Of a DNA stretch of 64,000 nucleotides, positions 52,850 to 64,000 are shown piece after piece (the stretch's first letter is position 1; each line of letters begins with the position of its first letter). Both the position numbers and the translations under genes were made by a program. The stretch is from Octopus vulgaris (Eukaryota): NCBI GenBank assembly GCA_951406725.2, contig OX597815.1, positions 124,930,001-124,994,000 of the forward strand. The letters run 5' to 3'. The notes under the pieces were generated by a model. That model did no database searches and was not told the origin of the DNA. It was given only the letters and a program-made list of their open reading frames with translations.

Positions 52850-53350
52850 GGAGCTATGCAGAGTTGTTGAAGTCATTTCCTACAGCAGACGCCAACATAA
52901 CAGTAAAGACTAGTAGAAAGAAAACATCTATACCAAATTTGTGAGAAATCTGCATGTTGACTATAATTTTCGATTTCTATCAATAATTGGAATGCTTGGC
53001 TAACTCTTCAGTACCAATCATGAGAAACTGGGATTCACAAAAATACAGAAAGAACACTCTCAATCAGAGGAATACATATAGAAGGTGTTAAAAGTACTGA
53101 GAAAAATATGTTAAGCATTAAAGATATTTAATATATAAGTTCCACATTTGTAATAACAATCATGCTTGCGTATGTGCACATATGTCTATGCACATATATG
53201 TACATGAATACATGCTTATACACGCATATATACATTTATCCATACAAGACTCCTCTGTTGATGATGTTTAAATTACAATGAAAGAGTCTGGTTTCTAAGC
53301 TAGAAACCGACACTTTCACCATTGGTGAAAAATTCGAACAATAAAACCAT
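52850..53350 (+). mobile_element. Third, heavily decayed R4/Dong-type 3' fragment with 3' UTR hairpin
   Basis: tgagaaatctgca, taccaatcatgagaaact, and a 3' UTR similar to 51850-51960. Confidence 0.6.
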
Positions 53351-53482
53351 GAAAACGTACATAGATTCATGCAAACATACATACATACACAGACTGACAG
53401 ACTCATGCACAAGTATAACTGAAAGACAAACAAAATACACATGTACATAAAACACATCCAATTAACTATATATTTATACAAA

Positions 53483-53523
<41 letters not shown>

Positions 53524-54119
53524 TCACACAAATGCACTCATGAACTGACCCAGACGCATAGAAACATTTTATTACATACATATGAACCAATAATGGAGCT
53601 TCTGTGTGAGAACTTAATCTGCTAGAAATAACAACCGAATCTTCCACAACACCTTATCGTCTGTCCCGAAATTCTCATGTCAGAACGTAAAAATAGACAG
53701 AATGATCACGATTATAGGTCTTTTTTTCTATCAGGACTTACATAGAGTTAAACAAAAACATTACATACCATGTTCATGCATGCATACGTATATACACATG
53801 CGTACAAATGTATGTATGTATGTATGGATGGATGGATGGATGGATGGATGGTTAGTCAGTCTGTCTGTCTGTCTACCTGCCTGTCTGTCTGTGACAATCT
53901 GGAGAAGCTAAAGCTTTCAGAAAAAGAAATCAATTATACACCTTACAAATGTAAAAATATGCAAGATCTTTCTCAAGTTCAACATGTGACATTGTTTTTG
54001 TTACCTACTTACCATCGATGGAACTTTGTATCTTTATTAGAAAACCCACTCCTTCCCTTCAAGAAGACTTCAAATAATGAAAAATAGAAGAGGACATACA
54101 TACATACATGCATACATAC

Positions 54120-54356
54120 ATAAAAATCTGTAAAACTTTCCAGTAGTTTATCATTTAAGTATACATGCATGGGAATACGTACATAAAGCAAAAGTACAAA
54201 TCTGCACATACACTGACTCTAAATGCGGCACATACACGTATACATGCAAAAATACCGTGTTGATGTTGTTCAAATTCCAATGAAGGAGCCATAGATATAG
54301 GTTAATAACCAGCTCCTTCACTGTTCGTAAGAAATCTTGAAATAAAACTGAATGAC
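54120..54356 (+). mobile_element. Short 3'-terminal R4/Dong fragment in (TACA)n
   Basis: taaaaatctgtaaaactttcc..agtttatcatttaa..aagaaatcttgaaataaaactgaat matches 51690-51955. Confidence 0.82.
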
Positions 54357-55133
54357 ACACGCGCGCACGCATACATACATACAGTATCTCAAATGAGAAA
54401 TGAAACCGATACACACTTTTGGTCCTTCCAAAAATTAATTACCGTCTTCTGTGAATGTGAACCGTCGGCTAACAAGCTGTTTAAAATGGCACCCCTAACA
54501 ATAAATAATTTCTAACTTCGTGTACAAAGTCTCAAAATTGGATAAGATAGAATAGTTGCTTAGATCGAAAAAAAAACTAAAATCAGTAAAATATAAATCA
54601 ATACTCTCATATTTTAAGTTCTTTTTCCTTAATTCTCATTAACATGTTATTTATATGTAAATAAAAACTGAGCAAAGCAAAGAGGTTAGATGACAATTGC
54701 AGCAAAACAATATTACTAAGTACCCAGACGTTTATTGAGGAAGTGTTGAAGTATCAAATTATGTAATTTACTCATTTCTCCGCAGGATAGCGCTGTTTAA
54801 ATCATGACTGCGATTACCGACCAGCAGAATAAGGTCGCGTTTATTACATATGGGTAAACATTGTTGTAAAGCGTGGACAAGACTTACGGTTTTTAACATT
54901 AAAAAGTGTAGTTGTTGATGTTGGTTTTGTTTAATACTAGATAGGGTTGAAATTATTATAATGCGTTGGATATATTAAACTATAAATAAGTATCTATATA
55001 CTCATACAATACATAATTCACTATTACAGATGAAACTGCATTGAAGTACTCAATCCGATTTTCTACTGTTTCTGCCAGCTCTGAAAAATTGAATATTTAA
55101 TCCTATATGATTATCCATTTCAGAAGCTGTCCG

Positions 55134-55200
<67 letters not shown>

Positions 55201-56574
55201 TTCTCTCTCTCCCTCTCTCCATACATGTTTGTATATGTAAATGTGTATCTGAATGTATATAATATACACACATCGCACACATGCACAAATATGTATATAT
55301 AACTTTTGTTTATATATACATGTAGACAAAAATTATATAATACAGTTCTATATTTAAGAGATGGGGAATTTGTACATTATTTACATTTGATGGGCAAGAT
55401 GAGGACAAATATCCGTCAAATGTAAATAATGTAAGAAATTATATATACATGTGTGTGTGTGCGTGTACATATATATTATGCGCTTACACACGTGTGTATG
55501 TGTGTGGTTACGTGGGGGAGGGGAGAAAGTTGGGGAAAGAAATAATGGAGGACTGTTAGACAACTGCTCGGCATTTTAGTGGCTACTGCACAGAGGATGA
55601 CTGATAAAATAGATAAATACCGTCGTTCTTATTTTCAATTCCAGTAGAATTTTAGTAGTTTTAGTGAAAGTTATCTATAAATGGCTTTAGCCACCTACTA
55701 ATGATTAAAATTTTGCTAAAAATTGTTATCTGATAACGGTTCAAAATTAGCTAAAAGTGGGGTTCGCTGATGAAAACATGAAAAATCAGGTTTTTCTTCT
55801 TTAAAGAAATAGATCGAACTTTTTTAATACGTATAGCTTCTCAGATAGGCCAAAATTACAATTTCATGTTCAGGATTAATAAGAGAACCTCTTGCCGAGT
55901 GTGCCAAAATCAACTCATTTGTGAGAGGATTCTGTATTTTCAAGGCAATCGTTTATAGAGCGACTCTCGTTCCACTTCATTGTATCTCGAGAGATTACAT
56001 GAAACTCATGACCAGCGACTTCAATGGACGGTTCACTCAGCACATGAATATTTCTTCGTGAATAAGGACGCGGAACCATTTCCTCTATGCCCCATTTTAT
56101 CTGGTGGCTTCGAGACCAGGGAAATTTCCCGCCCGACAAAACCTTGTACATACGTGGAGTGACTAAATGTCATTTTTCTTTCTGTACATATTTAAACTGC
56201 CCATTGCGTCTTTTTATAAGAAAACTGAACTTTCCTACTGCTGCTCTCTATGGAGCTCTCTATTAGCTAACTTTAAGCATTTAGTTCACGACATTTCCTA
56301 ATTTTTACTAAACGTCTGCTGAGAAATTGCAGGAATTCAAAGCAGAGGAGTCTATTTTACCTCCTGTAACAAAATTGAACACTTAGCTACCACGCCACCA
56401 AAATCAACAGCATCTGGAGGATGAGATGCGCTCTTGTATCTGCGAATCTCTGAATAATGAAAATTTAAGCAATTAACTGTTTACACACATACCTACAGAG
56501 ATGCACACACTAGATGTGTGAGTGTGTTTGTGTGCATGTCTGTGTTTGTGAATGCGTGAGTGTGTGTGCTTGTG

Positions 56575-56880
56575 AATGCGTGCGTGTGTGTGTATTGGTC
56601 TTGCAGCCATAATGTCGCGGGGTTCGATTTCTGGACCAGGGAGTGCGTTGCATCCTTCAGCAAGGCACTTTGTTTCAAGCTGCTTCAGTCTATCCAGTTC
56701 AAAATGAGTACCAATCGATTAATAGTGCAGCTCTCTCCCTCCTTCACCCCTCTGTCTCTCTTTCTTTTTCTCTCTCTCGCTCTCTCCAACTGTCACATCC
56801 TTGATATTCGTCTGGGTCAAAAGCTGGACGGGCCAGGAGCTTGCCTATGCCTACCTTTGAACTAAATAGCTACCTAAAAC
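56575..56880 (+). mobile_element. Diverged tRNA-derived SINE (Deu/Nin-like core)
   Basis: B box ggttcgatttc, then tccttcagcaaggcacttt..cagtctatccag..aatgagtacc. Confidence 0.55.
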
Positions 56881-56962
56881 AACTAACGAATGCATAATAC
56901 AAGCTATCAGATCATGTTCGCTTGCAGGTGACGGTGGAGATTTTATTCCTCTGTGTGTGTGT

Positions 56963-57035
<73 letters not shown>

Positions 57036-57041
<6 letters not shown>

Positions 57042-57240
57042 GGGTGCTGAAAAGTTCCTGGCTTTGGATAAAAGAAAATAAAGGAGAATCAGTTAATTAT
57101 GATTTTGATTTTATTCAACGCATTCCTCTCAGATTCCCACACATATACAGTGGTCCTTCAGTTTTTGTAAACCCTGTAAAAGAACTCGGACGGTTGGACC
57201 TCTAACCAAGCCTTTCGTGATACCCTCAAGGCCAGGGATC
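57036..57240 (-). mobile_element. Mariner 3' end relic
   Basis: TIR-like aggggtgctgaaaagttcctggct. Minus strand reads GLQKLKDH..CV..CVE*, like a mariner C-terminus. Confidence 0.6.
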
Positions 57241-57449
57241 TCGCGTACACGCACGCACACACACATTTGTATGTAAGGATAAAATCTATATAAGATTTTA
57301 TCGAGTAGCCAGGGTGTAAAAATCAATTAAGGAAAAAATTAATACAATGTATATAATTTTTTCGTTATATACAAAATACATTATTATATCAAAGGCTATT
57401 ACTATAAGTAAAGCCACACGCTATAAGGGGACTCTAAGTTCATATACAT

Positions 57450-57536
<87 letters not shown>

Positions 57537-57555
57537 AAAAAAGAAAGAAAGAAGA
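57450..57555. repeat. (GAAA)n microsatellite
   Basis: Direct reading. Confidence 0.97.
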
Positions 57556-59792
57556 CACTCATATAAACGTATAGAATGAGCGAGAGAGACTGGTGCACTA
57601 ATGTGTGATAAGGGGATATGCTGTATTCATTTATTCTTTTTTATATAAAATATATTTATCTTGAAATATGCTTTAGCGTAAAATGTAGACTGCCATCATT
57701 TTGGGATTTTCCCATAAACCATTTACTCAACAATATTATCCCCTTCGGGCTACCAGCCTATTTAATTCCCTACTTAACCTTGATTGTGATGTCAAAGTAA
57801 TTTATAAGTCATTGAAATTTACATAGCAAAGAAATACTTAAATACGTTATTTGAGAAGAATAGTGAATTAAAATACAAGTCTAGAAGTTTCCGGTCGAAA
57901 AGAGAAACGCTACGGGGAAAATTTTTTTAAATAATGCTTTTTAAGGATCACATCAGTTTACTAAGTGATGGAAATTCAACCAGAAGAAAAGGCGTGATTC
58001 AATATAGAGAGATTCTGTGCTCAAACATATAGAGTTGTTACAAGAAAAAAGGGTAAATAATGAAAGGCCCCCAAGAGAAATTAAGATGCCGATTTAACCG
58101 AAAATTATGCTGAATAATGTTGTTAGAAAGAATCAAATTAATGATACATTATCAAACATTAACTTTGGAATTGCCGCTTGAAAAGATGAACTAGTGGTTT
58201 TCAGAAAATTTATTTAGAAGAAAACAAATTGTCTGTTGTATTATTGATTTAGTAAATCAGCACAAGGCGGAAATTTTTTTAAGTACGACATCGTTGATTG
58301 TATCGACTTTTCTTATATTTTTTTGTACTTATTTTAACGGTCCTGGAAGTAGGAAAGGCTAAGTCCAACTAGTGGCATAGTAAGGACTTGTGCTGAAATT
58401 GGGTTTTATGAATCCTCTTGCAAATACAGCAGACCCAAAAGTATTGAAGAAAGTATAACTAAATACTGTGATAGCACTCTTCCCGTTCTTCTTCTGTTGG
58501 TGGTGGAAATCGATCTTCCGGTCAAACCAAAGAAACTATTTCGCAAGGTTTCCAATTTAGTAGTATTGCTGTGTAATGTTCTCCGATCCCAACAGAAATG
58601 TCACCATTCTCGGGATACAGAACCGGAACAGATATTGCAAGGCTTCATGTCCGACGCTCTAACAATTACACCCGTCCTTGGCCTTGGACTGATACTTTGA
58701 CTTCAGAATGACGAAAGGTAAAGTTAACCTCGGCGAGATTTGAACTCAAGGCCTAGAAAGTCATAAAAAATATCACAAGGCATTCTATCCAATGTACTAA
58801 CGAATACACTAACAACTCTGCCAAGGTGTTGTGCTGGAAGAATCAGTAGCATGCTGGGAAAAACGATTAGCAGTATATCGTCCCTCCGAAATCAATATAA
58901 TGAAAAATCAATCACGTCCTGGAGTCAAACGATTTCAATGATTCCAATAAATTTGTAGCTGTGTGTCAGGGTGGAAAATCTATATTTTACGGTTAATAGC
59001 AAGCGCTATTGAGTATATAAAATTCTACTAAATGGTATCGCGACTTGGTTTTGAAAAGGTATGACAAAGGCATAAACACCTTATAAACTCTAAATAAGAT
59101 AATATTTGACTGTTACAGACGAGTTTCGCAAAAACTAAACCCTCGGCCACACTAAAATTGGGTGGGAGGGGCTAGAATTGTCAACTTTTAATGGAATCGT
59201 TTGAGCGCTGTCGTTATATACGGGGTGTTTGAGGCATTTTAAAACTGAAGCACAACCTTCTCCAGAATTGAAGATAACCGATTGCTTCTAGGAAGAAAAT
59301 GTGTGAGTATGAGAGAGATGGGGAGAGGAGAGAGAGATGGGAAGAGGAGAGGAGAGAAATGGGAAGAGGAGAAAGATGAGAAGAAGAGAGAGAGATGGAG
59401 AGAAGAGAGAAAGGAAACGGATTGACCCAGTATTTAGCGATTCTAAAAGGATGAAAAACAATGGTGACCTCGACGCGACTAGAACTCAGAAACCCAAATT
59501 GAACACAGAAAAAAGAGTATTCTATCCGACACTCTAGCGACGCTGTCAATCAACCGCCTTTTGTGAAAATTAGAGCAGCAAAGACTTGAAATATAATTCC
59601 TGATATCATTCGTGAAAAACAAAATTACCTCCAATTTTGTTGTCACAAATTCCACCAAGTCATTGATTATTCTCGTTTTTGTATATTCAAACTTTATTCT
59701 TCTGTTTCTAGTAAAACATGTGTATGTCCAGTCTTAGAATTGCATCACTGGAAGATTCTCTATTTTTAATAAATATTAATTGGGGTATTTTT

Positions 59793-60900
59793 GGAGAGGG
59801 TAAGTTGCTAGGTCGACCTAGGTGTACCTTAAGGTTAATCGTAATTAAGGATAATCATTGTTAGATGATTACATAGATTTAATAAAATGAGCAAACGATG
59901 AGTAGAACCTGTGTTTACAAGAGAGTTTTAAGTACTCTATCCTCGTCCATCGTAATTAAAGCTCCTTATGCAAATTGTGTTTAAGGGAATTGCTAACCAT
60001 CCTTCGCAATCACAACCCCTTATTACTTAAGAGATTCTCAAATGTAATACTCTCTTGTAAACACATGTTCTACTCATCGTTTACCCATTTTATTAAATCT
60101 ATGTATGATTATCTTTAATTACGATTAACCTTAAGGTACAATTGGGTCTTCTTATCATAGCAACTTACCTCTTCCATTGATACCACCCTTTTTACCAAAT
60201 TATTTCCTTTGCACATTCCTCTTCCCCACCACGCCCCACCAAATTATATTCCTCTTACCCACCACATCTACCAAATTATTACTTTGCACATTTCTCTTAC
60301 CTACCACAACCACCTTCCTCACGACCTCCTCATCCTCACACGTTGTTTTTCCCCCATTATTTCATATCTTCTTTTCAACCAAAAGCATTTACAACTACCT
60401 CACTCCCTTAGCTACCAACTACCCATTCCACCTCCCATTCATCTAACTCTCCACTTACACTATTATCTCCCTAATACCCTCGTTGTTAACATCCTTCTCT
60501 TCCTAAACCGATTCGCTTATCTCCTCTCACCCTTCACTTCCTCAATACTCCCAACAACTCAACCGAGCTTCACACTTCCTCTTTCCAATGCTGCTTGCTC
60601 TCCGCATTTAAACATTCCCCCTTTAAACATGATCTGAAATGTAAGATCTGTTTCTATCCAGATGACTGAGGCTTCATTAATCCAATGTTTATTTGCTTCT
60701 ATACGGTCTGCATATTATGGTGAACCAACGTTATGATGGGTTTCTGAGCCCCCAGAAACAGCTGTTGGACTTACCTCTCCTCCTTTAATTTTCTGTCATT
60801 TGTACTCTGTGATCAATTAATATAAATATCTATATTTATACTTAAATATTCATTGTCTGAAAATCTTCAGTCTTTGCTTTCTCTCTGTTTGCATATATAC
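59793..60900 (+). mobile_element. Older 5'-truncated and inverted Penelope-like element
   Basis: Inverted arms ~59795-59933 / ~60048-60172, a GIY-YIG tail relic CKLCLRELLTILRNHNP..SCKHMFYSSF aligning with the 32474 ORF end, a C/T-rich 3' UTR, and a degenerate hammerhead at 60655-60772. Confidence 0.75.
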
Positions 60901-61582
60901 ATATATACATACTTTGTATATCAAATTCGAGATGTTACATTTAATTTGTTTATCCGCATTATTGCCTCCATTTCTGCTCATCTTGATTCCTCTTATAGTC
61001 ACTCGTTACCCCGTGGAATTGTTCCTTCGTAAAGACATCGGAGTCTAAGCATGAATCATTTGAGCGCTATTAAGTATTTTCTGTACTGAGAATCTCTTGA
61101 TCTCATCTGTTGACTAATATAAAAGCTTCTGTACATTTATGTGTATATGTGTATGTAGATATCAATGTACTACGTGAACTGATTTTAAGTAGCAAAATCT
61201 AAATCTTTCTCCTCCCATGTATTTTTACGTCTCCTCCCTTTTTAAATTTTGCCAATCCTCTATTAAAAACTGAGGCAAATTTGTACCGGATATCTCATTT
61301 AAAATGTTTAATTCTTTCATAGTTTTTTTTATTTTATATTTTTTGTCATTATATATATTTATTTATTTTGCTGTGTCTCTGTTAGTTTTCCCATCCTGTA
61401 AAAGCTGAAATTCTTTCGCTTATTTTATAACGTTGTAAAAACGTAATGACACGATTGTCAGATATTTATTTATGTAAATTTATATTTACTCTACTCTTCG
61501 ATGTATACAGTCTTTTTATTTTAGTCTACATCTTGTTGCATGCAAGCCCTAAACCATTCATTATATATGCATGTGTTGTATG

Positions 61583-62045
<463 letters not shown>

Positions 62046-62344
62046 AGAGTATTGTAGTTTGGTTGAAGCATTGTGTATTGTTCGTAAAAAATAATGTCTT
62101 GAATGACACAACAATGCCCTATAATACAAACAATGGACGAAAATAACTGTTGTAATTTAATCAGCCATAGTCTGATATATCTCGGAATATAAAAATTCCT
62201 TCCTCAGATATCCCTAGGAATTGATCGAGTCACTGCTATAATCGGTTTTGCAAGATTTAAAAAAAAATTTTCGGAAGTGTCTCTGCAGTGGTCTCACGAG
62301 GCTCCTTCCGGAATTCCTCATGAGAAGTGCGTGATGGCGCCCAT

Positions 62345-63380
62345 ATTTCAACATAAAGCATTGACAAAACTAAAAAAACAAAAACCTTTACTTAGCATCA
62401 TATAAAGGGAAAGAAATATGCGTGATATCTTGTGAAATATATGATAGACACTAGAACATTTAAGCAATGACAGACTATATTCTGAAGTGACAGATACAAC
62501 CACGACCAGGATTGAGAACCGAATTAACACTGCATAGACTGACATTTGTAGACGGAGACAACTACATAACAAATACAAGAACAACTTCATCCCAAAGAAC
62601 AGCAGATTATCCAGATTCTATCACCTCATTAAAATACACAAGGATAGCAACACGATCCGGATTAGAACCATCGTCTCCAGTGTAGAAGGACTTCTATATA
62701 AAATATCCTGGCTACTTTCTCACATCCTGAAACCCATACTCTTCACCTTTCCTGGACACGTCAAGAACTCTGATGAAGTCATCAAAAGACTGCGCCGACT
62801 TCCCCCAGACCAACTCAGGCAAAACAGATATGCATTTAGTTTTGGCGTTGTCTCAATGTACATAATGGTACCAGCACACTCGGCGGTCAACCTATTGACT
62901 GACTGCATAGTAGCGTCCGACATCCACTGCTTCGGACTTACCGCAGCTGATATACATCAACTTTTGTCCGCCATCATGGACAATACCTACTTCTCTTTCC
63001 ATGACCACACATACAAACAGACAACAGGCCTCTCCTGGGATCCAGTCTCTCAGGCCTACTAGCCATCACCCATATGAACCATCTGGAACGTCGAGCACTC
63101 AACATCTGCCGCTCATGCGCCTTATTCACCAGGTACGTAGATAACATCCTCATATTCACACCCTTCCCGTGGAGTGGCTGACAGAATATTCACGACGTTC
63201 AACAACATGGACATGAGCATACAGTTCACTATAGAACATCATGACAACACTGGATCACTATCGCTACTTGACTTCCAACTGAAAATAACGGAAGAAGGAG
63301 AGTTCCACACCGAGTTCTACAGGAAAGCGGCCAGTAGAGATATGTTTGTCCAGTACAGTTCAGCACTTCCACAAAAAGAA
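62345..63380 (+). pseudogene. Decayed Penelope-like reverse transcriptase
   Basis: RFYHLIKIHK..RIRTIVS..LLSHILKPI..FSFGVVSMY..VP..NTYFSF..YKQTTGL..GSSLS..FTRYVDNILI..IQFTIE..LSLLDF..FYRK. Frameshifts are present and YVDD is mutated. Confidence 0.9.
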
Positions 63381-63384
63381 CCGG

Positions 63385-63690
63385 AAAAAGGAAAAAGACT
63401 TCAATTCAATCCCAAGTGCCTCAATTGGTCGCACGCCACAGGGTTCAACAGAACCTACTGAAGCAACGGAATCTACATCTGCAGCACTATCACGGGTGAT
63501 GGCGGGTTAAGGCGTTGGAACAGCCAAGCACACTCACGGGAAATGCCTGACACATCGGTAAAGCGAACCGCCAACGATGACAAGAACTTCGCCGTTAGCG
63601 ACCCAGCCCCTCCAAACAGCTCAAACACCACGGGATGGAAGAAATGGTTCACTGACACGGTCCCGATACTTAAGGATTTTGTTCTATTCG
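63385..63690 (-). mobile_element. CRE-clade RLE non-LTR retrotransposon 3' fragment
   Basis: K..KY..FHPVVFELFGGAG..KFLSSLAVR...SGISRECAWLFQRL.AITRDSAA resembles the F.P.A.ET.G.WG..QRLS.AIQRGNA C-terminus. Confidence 0.65.
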
Positions 63691-64000
63691 CCTATGGAAC
63701 TCGTATATTGATTTCGATAATTAATTAAATTTTATCGTGCCCCACGGTATTGCCTAATATGTAACACATACACTGTAACTTTGTCACATTAGGCTTTTGT
63801 AATAGTTCTTGTTTATATGCTGCTAAGCATTCCCAAACGGTTCAGTGTGTGTACGTATTTATGTGAGTGTGAAGTTGTTTGCTGTTGTGAGCCTTTATTA
63901 TGTATGTGTGTGAGTGTATTTAGGTTGCGTGCACGCACGCACACACACGTATGCACAAGAAACTAATGGTTATTATGGTACTGGCGGTGGCAGAGGTAAC

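Noticed and set aside
62228-62332. Minus-strand hammerhead upstream of the Penelope RT
   Set aside because: Both cores are altered (CTCATGA, CAAAA) and the cleavage site does not align with stem I. At most a dead relic.

Overview
AT-rich eukaryotic DNA dense in microsatellites and transposable elements. The repeat repertoire strongly suggests a cephalopod, probably octopus, intronic or intergenic region (inference, no database search). No intact host protein-coding gene is supported: most predicted ORFs are microsatellite translations and the rest are transposon relics. Recognisable elements: several tRNA-derived SINE families, R4/Dong-type RLE LINEs next to (TACA)n, Penelope-like elements (RT, GIY-YIG, inverted pLTRs), CRE-like and CR1/L2-like fragments, an ORF1-only element, Tc1/mariner relics, two hAT elements with 8-bp TSDs, a Helitron and a Helentron-type end. 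The most interesting signals are RNA-structural. There are canonical type I hammerhead ribozymes at 33029-33114 (+), 32390-32475 (-) and 7958-8009 (-). A hammerhead-like motif at 19061-19150 has its strands in a permuted, pseudoknotted order. Seven inverted-repeat elements occur, mostly in microsatellites, and three sequences appear to be locally templated copies. All structures were paired by eye, not computed.
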